Shown: in pieces, positions 22,210-32,800 of the stretch | Position numbering within the stretch: the first letter of the stretch is position 1 | Layout: each line of letters starts with the position of its first letter | Assembly (NCBI GenBank): GCA_963816185.1 | Contig: CAWFJJ010000001.1 | Location: 288,001 to 352,000, forward strand | Direction: 5' to 3' | Length of the DNA: 64,000 bases | Origin: Thermoanaerobaculia bacterium | GTDB taxonomy: Bacteria; Acidobacteriota; Thermoanaerobaculia; UBA5066 | Notes under the pieces: generated by a model | What the model saw: the letters and a program-made list of their open reading frames with translations, nothing else | Databases searched by the model: none | Told to the model about the DNA's origin: nothing | Made by a program: the position numbers and the translations under genes

Positions 22210-22801
22210 TTCTTGGCGGGCGCTCCGGCCGGCTTCTTCTCCATCTCCTCTTTCATCCTCTTCTGCTGCTCGGCCGTCCACGGCGGGACGATGCCGTTCA
22301 TGCGCGCGTACGCGATGGACTGGCCGAGGTGCTCGTGCTCGTGATTCGCGGCCAGGAGAAGGACTCCCCGCACGGTCGAGTCGCTTCCGAAAAACTTCTC
22401 GGGCTTGTCGAGGTCCGCGTCGGAGAGCGAGGCGATCCCGGCGCGCACGTGCTCGAAGGACTTCTTGAGCTCGTCGATCACCTTCGATTTCTCCGTGACG
22501 TTCTTCTCCATGTCCTTGTCCAGGCCCGCGGGGGCCTTGATGCCCGCTAAACCCAGGATGAAATAGTTCGAGCCCGCGATGTGGGTGTAGACCTCGCTGA
22601 TCGAACGCACGCCCGGAGCGGGCCGCCAGCCGAACTTGTCGGCGGGCGTCGCCTCGGCGAGGCTGAGGAGCTGCTTCTCGATGTGCGCCTGCTGGGCCAG
22701 GAATTCGGCGCGGAAGCCTTTGGTCGGCGCCTGGCGCGCGCGGCAGGAGCGGCGAGGAGAGCAACGGCGAGCGAGCACGGGATGAGGTGGCCGGTTTTCA
22801 T
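22206..22801 (-). CDS. Secreted DinB family protein (frameshift near the signal peptide)
   Basis: WRPAPGVRSISEVYTHIA and HEHEHLGQSIAYAR; signal peptide MKTGHLIPCSLAVALLAA lies in the adjacent frame. Confidence 0.85.
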
Positions 22802-22879
22802 GAAACGTCCTCCTTTCGAATTCGGTGGGCGCATCTTATCCGGCCTGCGTAGAATCCGATCGATTCCGGAGGAAATGAA

Positions 22880-23749
22880 ATGAAAAACACGCTCCGCCCC
22901 GCCCTCCTCGCCGTCCTCGCCGCCGCCGCGCCCGCGCTGGCGCAGCTCGTGACGCCGGCTCCCAGCCCGAACGCCACGATCTCGCAGACGATCGGCGTCA
23001 CGAAGGTCGAGGTCGCCTACAGCCGGCCGCACGTGAAGGGCCCGACGCGCAAGGAAGAGCGCGTGATCTGGGGCTCTCTCGTGCCGTACGACAAGGTCTG
23101 GCGGACCGGCGCGAACGCGGTCACGAAAATCACGCTCGACGGCGACGTGGAGGTCGAAGGGCAGAAGCTCGCGGCGGGGGCCTACGGTCTCTTCACGATT
23201 CCGGGCAAGTCGGACTGGACGATCATCTTCAACAAGCAGGCGACGGGCTCGCCGTTCGACTACAGCGCCGACAAGGACGTCCTGCGCGTGAAGGTGAAAC
23301 CCGAGGCTGCCGGGATGCACGAGCAGTTCACGATCGACTTCCCGCTCGTGAGCGCGGACGCCGCGACGCTCGCCCTCGTGTGGGAGAAGCTCGAGGTTCC
23401 GGTGCATCTCACCGTCGATACGAAGGGGCAGTTCCTCGCGAAAGCAAAGGAAGCCGTCGCGAAGGCGAAGGCCGACGACTGGCGGACGCCGCTCACCGCG
23501 GCGCGCTACCTCTACGACAACAAGTACGCCCTCACGGACGCTTTCGCATTCCTCGACAAGTCGCTCGCGATCAAGGAAACTTTCGCGAATCTTTCCCTGA
23601 GGGCGAACGTACTGGGCGACATCGGGAAGAAGAAGGACGCGGTCGTGGTTGCCGAGAAGGCGATCGCTCTGGGCAAGGCTGCCGAGCAGAAGCCCTCGCC
23701 CGAGGCGCTCGCCGCCCTGGAGAAGAAGATCGCGGAATGGAAGAAATAG
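22880..23749 (+). CDS. DUF2911 domain protein
   Basis: PSPNATISQTIG, YSRPHVKG, LVPYDKVWRTGAN; TPR-like tail. Confidence 0.9.
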   Translation: MKNTLRPALLAVLAAAAPALAQLVTPAPSPNATISQTIGVTKVEVAYSRPHVKGPTRKEERVIWGSLVPYDKVWRTGANAVTKITLDGDVEVEGQKLAAGAYGLFTIPGKSDWTIIFNKQATGSPFDYSADKDVLRVKVKPEAAGMHEQFTIDFPLVSADAATLALVWEKLEVPVHLTVDTKGQFLAKAKEAVAKAKADDWRTPLTAARYLYDNKYALTDAFAFLDKSLAIKETFANLSLRANVLGDIGKKKDAVVVAEKAIALGKAAEQKPSPEALAALEKKIAEWKK

Positions 23750-23758
23750 GGAGGGTTC

Positions 23759-26435
23759 TCAGCGCGCCGGCGGGGACGGAACCGTCGCTTTGAGCCGCAC
23801 CCCCGCCCCCGCTGAGACGAGGTTCACGAAGAAGCGGTACGCGCCGGGGACGCCGGCCGGAAGCTGGCGGAAGAAGGCGTATCCGGTATAGACGAACGCT
23901 CCTTTCCCATACCTTGCGAACAGGACGCCGCCGGGCTTGTCGTTCTCGCCCGGATCGTGCGTCTCGATCACCGTCTCGTATCGGGGGTCCCAGGTTCCGG
24001 GGAAGTAGAGGCCGCGCTCCTGCACCCACCCGTCGAAGTCGGCCGCCGTCAGCCTGTTGGGAAAGACGAGGAGGGAGCTCGAGGGATTCAGGAATTTCAC
24101 GGGAGCTTCCTCGACGGTGACGCGGTCTCGAGAGATCTTGAAGGGGTACGGCCCGAGCTGCTCCGTGACGAGGTCTCCTCCCAGAGTGTTGTACTGCGCC
24201 ACGAGCGTGCCGCCCTTCTCGACGTAGTCGAGGAGCCGCGACTCGGCCAGCTTCAGGCGCGGGCGCGTGTTGTAGGCGCGGATCCCCGTCACGATCGCGG
24301 CGTAGCGCGAGAGGTCGCCGTTCTCGAGCTCGTCGTCCGAGAGGAGCGTCACCGTGTAGCCCATCTGGCGGAGCGCGTCGGGGACCTCGTCGCCCGAGCC
24401 CATGACGTAGCCGACCGGAGCCTGGGGCGCCTTCACGTCGAGGCGCAGAACCTTCGCTTCGGCGGGGGGGAACAGGGTCTGAAGAGGGATGTGCGGGTAG
24501 TCGACGTGGACGAGGCCGCGCGAATAGACCTTCCCGCCCACGACGGCTTCGGCCGTGAGCGTGGCCGCGGACGCCCCGGCCGGCGGGGTCACGGTGAACA
24601 CGACCGGCTTCTCCTCGCCGCGGCCCGTGAACGCGAACAGCACCTCGGCGGGCGACGCCGAGAACCCCGCCTCCGTCTTCAGGCGCAGGCCGCCCGAGAC
24701 AGCGGCGCCGCTCGTGAGCGTGACGCGCACCTTCTTCGGTTTCTCGGTAGGGAACGCGTAGACCTTCTCGTCGAGCGTGGCCATGACCGGCGGCGTGATG
24801 ACGAATGGCTCGTAGATCTCTCCCTTGACCCGGTCCGTGCGACGAAAGACGACGGGCGCCTCGAACGGGATTGCGACCCCGTCGACGCGCACCGTGAAGC
24901 GCGCGACGAGCGGCGCCGGATTCTCCGGCAGGCCGATGAGCGCCGGGTCTTTCACCGTGAAGAGGCCCTTTCCGGGCCGCTCCCTGAGCCAGTACGGCTG
25001 CGTCGTCTCGACGTCGCCGGGGAGCGTCAGCGCGATCTCGCGGCGCAGCGGCTCGTTCTGCGCGAGGGCGCCGCCCTGTCCCGGCGCCCGGGCGTACGTC
25101 ACCGAGACCGACTCGAGCGACGCCTGCCGTGGCGAGCGGTTCAGGATCATCGTGGCGACCTTCACGCTCGCGCCCGGCGCGGCGGAGGGCTCGCTCGCGA
25201 CTGCTTCGACCCAGATGCCGAGGCACGCGCGGATCGCGTCGGCGATGTCGCGGCGCTTCCGCGCCAGGAGAGGATCCATTTGCTTCGGACCCGTGCTTTG
25301 TCCTGCTGACGGTTGCGCAGGGGGAGAAGAAGAGGAAGACGAAGATCTCTTAGAAGGGGAAGAGGGAAGACCCGCTCCGCTCTTGTCGGCGGCGGCGCGG
25401 TCGACGAGCGCGTAGGCGGCGGCGAGGTCCGCCACCGAGGCCTCGGGATGCAGCGGCTGGAATCCCTCTTCCGCCTTTCTAAGCAATTTCTGAATCTCTT
25501 CTCCTCCTGGTCCCATCCTCTTCCACGACAGATCGATGCCCTCGAAGAGATCCTTTTCCGCCGGCGCGCCTGCGACGACCTTGAAGTCGTTCAGCCAGGT
25601 GCCGCGGCGCTCGGCCGAGCCGAAGCCCTGGCTCTTGTGCATGGACCGGCTCAGCGCGGCGATCTCCGTGTACGAGCGCCCCAGAAGCGCGTTGTAGGCG
25701 CCGAGGTCCGCCGTGATCTGCCCCGGCGCGTCCTTGCGCGGCGAGTCGCTGCCGAAACGGAAGACGTTCCAGAGAAGCCGCTTCGGCTGCCACGGCGTCA
25801 GCGTGTCGAGCTGCTCGGGGAATCGCGACGGGTCGCCCGCGGCCTTGAACGCCTCCACGGCCAGGATCGCCGAGGCCGTGTGGTGGCCGTGGCCGCCCTC
25901 GCCGGTCGTCGGGAAGCGCGTGACGATCACGTCCGGGCCGGAACGTGCGGATGACGCGGACGGTGTCCGCGAGCACCTGCTCCTTCCCCCAGATCCGGAG
26001 CGTCTCCTCCGGGCCTTTCGAATAGCCGAAGTCGACCGCGCGGGAGAAGAATTGCTTGGCGCCGTCCAGGCGGCGTGCCGCGAGGAGCTCCTGCGTGCGC
26101 AGGACGCCCATGAGCTCGCCCGACTCGGTGCCGATGAGGTTCTGGCCTCCGTCGCCGCGCGTCATCGACAGGTAGCCCGCGTCCACGAGCTTCTCGCGCG
26201 AGGCCCACGCGAGGAACGCCGTGTTCTCGTCGTCCGGGTGGGCCGCGACGTAGAGCACGCCGCCGACGACGTTCAGCTTCGCGAGCGCGAGCCGGATCTC
26301 GGCGGCATTCGGCGTCTCGGTGGGCATCGCGGCGCGCCGCACGGGCACGTCGGTCGCGGACACCGCGAAAGCCGCGAGGAGCGCGAGGACGAGGAGGACG
26401 GCGGCCGGACGGCGGGAAAGGAGGCGTGGCGTCAT
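23759..26435 (-). CDS. Large secreted PIG-L family deacetylase (frameshift ~25940)
   Basis: AAHPDDE, TRGDGGQN, DFGYSK, HGHH; C-terminal WVQERGLYF and FFRQLPAGVPGAYR. Confidence 0.9.
25342..25490. repeat. Inverted pair of the intragenic purine-rich element
   Basis: AAGATCTCTTAGAAGGGGAAGAGGG (25342-25366, +) and GAAATTGCTTAGAAAGGCGGAAGAGGG (25464-25490, -). Confidence 0.6.
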
Positions 26436-26468
26436 GCGGGGATTGTAGGGGCAGGAGCCGGGATCGAG

Positions 26469-27743
26469 TCAGTCCGACGCGGCCTTTCCGAACGTCTCCC
26501 TGATCGCGAGCGTGAGGACACACGCGAGGAGGAGCATGCCGAGGTTCACGAGGAACGCGGCGCGATATCCCGCGACCGGATAGCGCCGTGCGCCGCCCTC
26601 GAGGACGCCGAGCCAGTGCGCATCGAGAATGCGGCCGAGGACGTTCTGCGTCAGCGCCGCTCCCAGAAAGCCGCCGGCGTTTACCGTGGCCGTCGCGATG
26701 CCGCTGAACCTCGGCGGGTTCACCTCGCGCGCGAGGGCCCACGTGAGCGTGAAACAGCTCGTCGCGAGACCCAGGAGGAAGCAGAGCGGCCCGAGCAGGG
26801 CGCGGGGCGGCCCCGCGGAGGGAACCGAGATGCAGGCCCACACGGCCGCGTAGGCGAGCGTGAACAGAATGTAGGGGAGGCGCCGCGCCCGGAAGACCTT
26901 GTCGGAAAGGAAGCCGGCCGCGGGCGCGCCGAGAATGACGCCGATACCGACGAGGGACACGATCCCGGCGGCCTCCTTCGGCGTCATCCCGTAGACGTCC
27001 CGCATCCACGGGACGGCCCAGAGGCCGGAGAAGGAAAGATACGTCCCGTACTGGCAGAAGAAGACGGCGAACATCGGCCACGTCTTTCGGTTGCCGAATA
27101 CGGTGCGATAGCCTTCCGCCACCGAAACGCGGGGGACGACGCCGCGCGGCATGGGCGGCGGGAAGCCCGCGTCCTCGGGCCGATCTTTGACCAGGGCGAG
27201 GCAGAGGCCCGCGAGGACGAGCGAAAGCACGGCCACTCCGCCGAACGTCGCGCGCCAGCCGAGGACGGCGACGACGAGCGCCAGCGGCGCCGCCGCGAGG
27301 AGGCCGCCGAGGTTTCCGGCGACCTGCGTGAGGCCAGACCACGTGCCGAACTCGTCCGGCCTCCACCACGCGCCCACCTGCTTGAGCATTCCGATGAACA
27401 CGACGGAAGCGCCCGCGCCCACGACGAGGCGCGCTCCGTACGCGACGGGCAGGATGTGCGCGGCCGCGAAGGTCGATCCGCCCGCCGCCATCATGACCGC
27501 GCCCGCCGCCACGGCGCGCCGGGGCCCCCACGCGTCCACGGCGGCGCCCACGACGAACTGCATCACGGCGAATGCGTAGAGGTACAGCGCGGCCATCGTC
27601 GCGACCTCGACTCCGGTCGCCGCAAAGCTCGCCATGAGGTCCTTCGCGAGGACGGCGGGCGCGATGCGGTGGAAGTACGAGACGACGTACACGAGCGCGA
27701 GAACACCCCAGATGCGCAGCCGGACGGCGGAGAACGTGTTCAT
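26469..27743 (-). CDS. MFS transporter
   Basis: About 12 TM helices; GAAVDAWGPRR motif A; GFLSDKVFRARR. Confidence 0.9.
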   Translation of the reverse strand: MNTFSAVRLRIWGVLALVYVVSYFHRIAPAVLAKDLMASFAATGVEVATMAALYLYAFAVMQFVVGAAVDAWGPRRAVAAGAVMMAAGGSTFAAAHILPVAYGARLVVGAGASVVFIGMLKQVGAWWRPDEFGTWSGLTQVAGNLGGLLAAAPLALVVAVLGWRATFGGVAVLSLVLAGLCLALVKDRPEDAGFPPPMPRGVVPRVSVAEGYRTVFGNRKTWPMFAVFFCQYGTYLSFSGLWAVPWMRDVYGMTPKEAAGIVSLVGIGVILGAPAAGFLSDKVFRARRLPYILFTLAYAAVWACISVPSAGPPRALLGPLCFLLGLATSCFTLTWALAREVNPPRFSGIATATVNAGGFLGAALTQNVLGRILDAHWLGVLEGGARRYPVAGYRAAFLVNLGMLLLACVLTLAIRETFGKAASD

Positions 27744-27772
27744 GAAGAACCGGCAACGGGGGACGCCGCCCG

Positions 27773-29185
27773 TCACACCGGCGGACGCTTCCGGTGCCAC
27801 TCCGTGCGCGACTGGTAGGCGATTCCGAGAGCGACGAGCGTCTCGTCCGAGAAGGCGCGGCCCGTGAACTGGAAGGCCGTGGGAAGACCGTTCTCGCCGA
27901 ACCCGTTCGGCACGGAGAGCGCGGGCTGGCCCACCAGGTTGCCCGCCGGAATGACCGCGGGTCCGCCGCCGAACCCGGGGTACACGTTGTCGAAGTCCGG
28001 GCCGATCGGGTAGGCGACGGTGGCCCTCGTAGGCGAGACGAGCGCGTCGAACTTCGCATAGAGCGCGTCCAGGGCCTTCTTCATCGGCGCGCGCAGGCGC
28101 AGCGCCTGGATGTAGTCCACGGCGAGCACCATGGACGCCGCGTAGCCGCCCCAGCGGTCGTTCGGGACCTTGAGGTCCTTGACGCGTCCGCTCTCGATGA
28201 GGTCGCGGAAAGCGCTCGCGCCCTCGGCCGCGACGATCGTGCCGACGGCCGGGCCGTACGGGAGCTCGGGAAATGCGACGTCGGGCACGATCTCGCAGAA
28301 GCCCCCGAGGACTTTCAGGGCCTCCTCGAAGTTCTTCCGCACCTCGGGCTGGACCTTGTCATAGGTGCCTTTGATGACGCCGATCCGGAAACGGCGGCTC
28401 TTTCCCCGCACTGCTCGTCGCGGCGTGAACACCCGCGCGACAGACGTCGGATCATCCGGATCGCGCCCCGCGATCGCGGCCATGACGAAGCCGCAGTCCT
28501 CGGCCGAGCGGCACATCGGGCCGAGCTTGTCGAGCGTCCAGCAGAGTGCCATGGCCCCGTGCCGGCTCACGCGGCCGTACGTCGGCCTGAGGCCCGTCAC
28601 GCCCGAGAACGCGGCCGGCGTGACGATCGAGCCCGACGTCTCGGACCCGATCGAGAACCCGACGAGGCCGGCGGCCGTCGCGGCGCCGGGCCCCGAGGAC
28701 GAGCCGCCCGACCAGAAGTTCGTGTTCCAGGGCGAGCGGCCGGGTCCCGTGAACGACGCATCCGCGTTGTTGTAGCCGAGGCCGCCCGCGAGCTCGACCA
28801 TCGCGAGCTTTCCGACGAGAACGGCGCCCGCCTCGTGCAGCCTCTTGACGACGGTCGCGTCTTCCTCGAAGACCTGAGCGCGATACGGCTCGGCGCCCCA
28901 CGTCGTGGGGATGTCCTTCGTCGCGAGAAGATCCTTCACGCCGTAAGGCACTCCGTGGAGCTCTCCGCGCCACTTTCCGGCCGCGATCTCCGCCTCGGCT
29001 GCCTTCGCCTCGGCGAGCGCGCGGTCGCGCGTGATCGTCACGACGGCCCCGTATTTCGGCCCGAGGCGCTCGAGCCTCTCGAGGGCGCCCTCCGCGAGCG
29101 CGACGGGCGAGATTTCTCTCGCCTTGAGCTTTTTCGAGAGTTCTGCGACGGAAAGGAAGAAGGTGTCTTCGCCGAGCGGGGCCAT
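27773..29185 (-). CDS. Amidase (GatA/AtzE-like)
   Basis: LHGVPYGVKD, SGGSSSG, GSETSGSI; no signal peptide. Confidence 0.9.
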   Translation of the reverse strand: MAPLGEDTFFLSVAELSKKLKAREISPVALAEGALERLERLGPKYGAVVTITRDRALAEAKAAEAEIAAGKWRGELHGVPYGVKDLLATKDIPTTWGAEPYRAQVFEEDATVVKRLHEAGAVLVGKLAMVELAGGLGYNNADASFTGPGRSPWNTNFWSGGSSSGPGAATAAGLVGFSIGSETSGSIVTPAAFSGVTGLRPTYGRVSRHGAMALCWTLDKLGPMCRSAEDCGFVMAAIAGRDPDDPTSVARVFTPRRAVRGKSRRFRIGVIKGTYDKVQPEVRKNFEEALKVLGGFCEIVPDVAFPELPYGPAVGTIVAAEGASAFRDLIESGRVKDLKVPNDRWGGYAASMVLAVDYIQALRLRAPMKKALDALYAKFDALVSPTRATVAYPIGPDFDNVYPGFGGGPAVIPAGNLVGQPALSVPNGFGENGLPTAFQFTGRAFSDETLVALGIAYQSRTEWHRKRPPV

Positions 29186-29556
29186 CAGCGGCCTCCCGGA
29201 ATTTCCGCGAAGAAGACGACGTCCGGCTCGTCGGCGTTCGTGAGCGGAACCTTCTTCATCGCCTCGGCGCCGCGGAGGCGGCCGTCCAGCGCCTTCGCGA
29301 TCTCTGAGAGCTGCTGGCCGGATAAGTTCTTGCCCCAGCGAATGCGTACGACTTCCGTCAGAGCCTCGGCGGCCGAGGACGGGGCTTCGGGCGTCGGAAC
29401 GGGCGCCGGAACGGGTGTCGGCGCAGTCGCGGGAGACGGCGAGGGCGCCGCCTGGCCGAAGGCGGTCGCGGCTCCGGCGAGAGCGGGGGCGGCGGCGGCG
29501 AGCGCGAGGCTCTTCGCGAAGAAACGGCGCGAGGGCGAGGAGATCGGGTCGGACAT
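29185..29556 (-). CDS. Small Tat-signal protein, GatC/AtzG-like amidase partner
   Basis: SRRFF Tat motif; C-terminal PLTNADEPDVVF; stop overlaps the amidase start. Confidence 0.65.
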   Translation of the reverse strand: MSDPISSPSRRFFAKSLALAAAAPALAGAATAFGQAAPSPSPATAPTPVPAPVPTPEAPSSAAEALTEVVRIRWGKNLSGQQLSEIAKALDGRLRGAEAMKKVPLTNADEPDVVFFAEIPGGR

Positions 29557-29597
29557 TTGTCGCCTCCGTCAAAGTTCCCGTTTCGTTCGAATCTATC

Positions 29598-29626
29598 TTG
29601 ATTCCGCGCGCGCCGCTCCCCATAAT
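29598..29626 (+). promoter_or_regulatory. Sigma70 promoter of the gltB leader
   Basis: TTGATT-17bp-CATAAT. Confidence 0.7.
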
Positions 29627-29635
29627 TCCGTCGCG

Positions 29636-29746
29636 ATGGCAAAGACCTCGGCGATCACCACGAAGACCACGAAGAACGTGGGCGGGGCCGTCATTGGCCT
29701 CGTCCTTACCGAGCGTGCCACTCCGGGGAGCGGGCGAGGGGATTAG
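29636..29746 (+). CDS. Attenuator leader peptide (36 aa)
   Basis: MAKTSAITTKTTKNVGGAVIGLVLTERATPGSGRGD*; lies between promoter and terminator and contains the antiterminator arm. Confidence 0.75.
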   Translation: MAKTSAITTKTTKNVGGAVIGLVLTERATPGSGRGD

Positions 29747-29772
29747 GTACACGGTCACACGGAAATCCCAAG

Positions 29773-29801
29773 GCCCGCTCCCACGAGGGAGCGGGCTTTT
29801 T
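29773..29801 (+). terminator. Intrinsic (attenuator) terminator upstream of gltB
   Basis: GCCCGCTCCC-ACGA-GGGAGCGGGC-TTTTT. Confidence 0.85.
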
Positions 29802-29818
29802 CGTTGTGGAGGAAGCAC

Positions 29819-32800
29819 GTGGCGAGAGAGCGCGAACCGCGACGGTGGACCGACGGGGTCAGCCCCGCGCGGAACCCGTTCCGCGAGCAGGACGCGTGCG
29901 GCGTCGGCTTCGTCGCCCATCCCCGCGACTCTTCACACCGGGTCCTGAGGCTCGCGCTCGGGGGGCTTGCTCGTGTCGCCCACCGAGGCGCGACGGGTGC
30001 CGACCGTACGGGGGACGGTGCCGGGATCCTGACTCGCATCCCCGAGGAGCTCTTCCGGCGCGAGGCGGCGCGGCTGGCGATTCGTCTCCCCGAGGGCGAG
30101 CCCTTCGCGATCGGGACGTTCTTCCTGCCGCGCGTGAACGACAGCCAGCTCTGGTCCATGGACCTCGTCGAGAAGGCGCTGGCCGACGAAGGGCTCCCGT
30201 TCCTGGGATGGCGCAGCGTGCCCGTCCGGACCGACCGGCTGGGCCAGGCGGCGGAAGAGGGCCGGCCCGCGATCTTTCACGCCTTCGTCGGTCCACCGCG
30301 CGACACTGACGCCGACGAGTGGGAACGCGTGCTCTACCTGGCGGGACGAGTCGCCGCGCGGCGCGCGCGGCTGGCGAGGCTCCACGGCTTCTGCGTCGTG
30401 TCGCTCTCGTCGAGGACCATCGTCTACAAGGCGCTCCTGACCGGGACCGAGCTGAAGCCGTTCTATTCCGATCTCGAGGATTCCGATTACGAGACGCCGA
30501 TCGCCGTCTTCCACCAGCGGTACTCCACGAACACGGTCCCGAGCTGGAGCCTCGCGCAGCCGTTCCACCTGCTCGCGCACAACGGCGAGATCAACACCCT
30601 GTGGGGAAACCGCAACGCGATGCGCGCGCGCGAGCCCGAGCTCTCGTCCCCGGTCTGGAACGGCCGCCTCGCCCGCCTGCTGCCCGTTCTCACCGACGAG
30701 GGCAGCGACTCGACGAGCCTCGACGAAGCGCTCGAGCTCCTCGTGCGTTCGGGCCGCGACCCGCTCCACGCGCTCACGATGCTCATTCCCGACGCGCCCC
30801 AGAGCGAGGCGGATGAAGCCCTGCGCGCGTTCTACGACTTCCACGCGGGTCTCGTCGAGCCGTGGGACGGCCCCGCGGCCGTCGCTTTCTCGGACGGGAT
30901 CGTGGCCGGCGCGCACCTGGACCGCAGCGGCCTCCGGCCCCTCCGCTACAAGATCGCGCAGGACGGGATCGTCGAGGCCGCCTCCGAAGCGGGGATCGTG
31001 GACATCGAGCCCGAAGACGTCATGGAGAGCGGGCGCCTCGGCCCGGGCGAGACGATCGCCGTCGACACCGCGACGGGGGAGGTGCTCCGCGACGCCGACG
31101 TGAAGGCGCGCCTCGCCGCGCGGCGGCCGTGGGGCGCGTGGGTGAAGCGGCACCTGGTGAACGTGACGAAGCCGACGGTCCCTCTCCTGCCGCCGCCCGA
31201 CGCGGACCTCGTCAGGTGCCAGAGCGCGCGAGGCTGGGGCGTCGAGGACGTCCGGTACGTCCTCGCCCCGATGGCGGCCGGCACCGAGCCGGTCTTCAGC
31301 ATGGGCGACGATGCGCCCATTCCGCCGCTCGCGAAGTCGCCTCAGCCGCTCTACACGTTCTTCCGCCAGCGCTTCGCGCAGGTCACGAATCCCCCGATCG
31401 ACTCGCTGCGCGAGACGCTCGTCATGTCGCTGCGCATGGATCTCGGGAAGGGCGGCTCGCTCCTTCTCGAGGAGCCGGGCGACGCCCACTTCTTGACCCT
31501 GGAGCATCCGGTCCTCCTCGAGGACGAGATGGCCGGCGTCCTCTCCGCGTCGGCGTTCAGGCCGCTGACGCTCGACGCGACGTTCCTCGCCGCCGACGGA
31601 GCACCGGGTCTGACCGCCGCGCTCGAGGACCTGTCGCGGCGCGCCGAGGACGCCGTGCGCGCCGGCTCGGAGATCCTCGTGATCACCGACCGTGGCGCTA
31701 CCGAAGAGCGCGTCGCGATCCCCTCGCTCCTCGCCCTCGGCGCGGTCCGCGAGCACCTCCTGCGGACGGGACTCCGCTACCGAGTCGGGCTCGTCGTCGA
31801 GTCCGGAGACGCGCGTGACGGACACCATTTCGCCGTACTCCATGGGTTCGGCGCCGAGGCGGTACATCCCTGGCTCGCGCTCGCGTCCGTGCGGGCGCTG
31901 GCCGCCCGGGAAGACCTTCCCGGTGACGTCGCGGCCACGTTCCGGTCGACGGTCGAGAAGAGCCTGCGCAAGGTCATCGCGAAGATGGGCATCTCCGCGC
32001 TCTCGTCGTACTGCGGAGGCCAGGTCTTCGACGCCCTCGGGCTCGCGCCCGAGGTGATGGAGCGCTGCTTCCGGGGCACCTCCTCGCCGCTCTCAGGTCT
32101 CGGCTTCGCCGAGATCGCGGCGGACGTGCTCGAGACCCATCGCACGGCGTGGGAAGGCGCCCCGCTTCCCGATCACGGCCGCGTGCGCTACCGCAAGGAC
32201 ACCGAGGAACACGCGTGGTCGCCGCCGGTCGTGGTCTCCCTTCAGAAAGCGGCGAAGGGAACCGACGGCGCGTGGGCGGAGTTCCGCGAGAAGGCGGACG
32301 GGCGCGGAGCTTCCGTGCCGCGGGACCTGCTCGGCTTCTCTCCTCGGCAAGCCGTGCCGGTCGAGGAGGTCGAAAGCGCCGAGGAGATCGTGAAGCGCTT
32401 CATCGTCTCCGCGATGTCGCTCGGCGCCCTTTCGCCGGAGGCGCACGAGACGCTCGCGATCGCGATGAACCGGATCGGGGCGCGCTCGAATTCCGGCGAG
32501 GGCGGCGAGGACCCGGCGACGTGGCGAGACGCCGGAGGCGACCGAAGGGACAACAAGATCAAGCAGGTCGCCTCGGCGCGCTTCGGCGTCACGGCCGAAT
32601 ACCTCGTGAGAGCCGACGAGCTCGAGATCAAGATGGCTCAGGGCGCCAAGCCCGGCGAAGGCGGCCAGCTGCCCGCGCACAAGAACTCGCCGCTCATCGC
32701 GCGGCTGAGGCTGACGGTGCCGGGCATTCCCCTCATCTCGCCGCCGCCGCACCACGACATCTATTCGATCGAGGATCTCGCGCAGCTCATCCACGACCTC

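Noticed and set aside
15180-25945. Programmed ribosomal frameshifting at the frame switches
   Set aside because: No consistent slippery heptamers; these families are normally continuous.
27773-29556. gatCA of the tRNA amidotransferase
   Set aside because: No gatB adjacent, and the small protein has a Tat signal.
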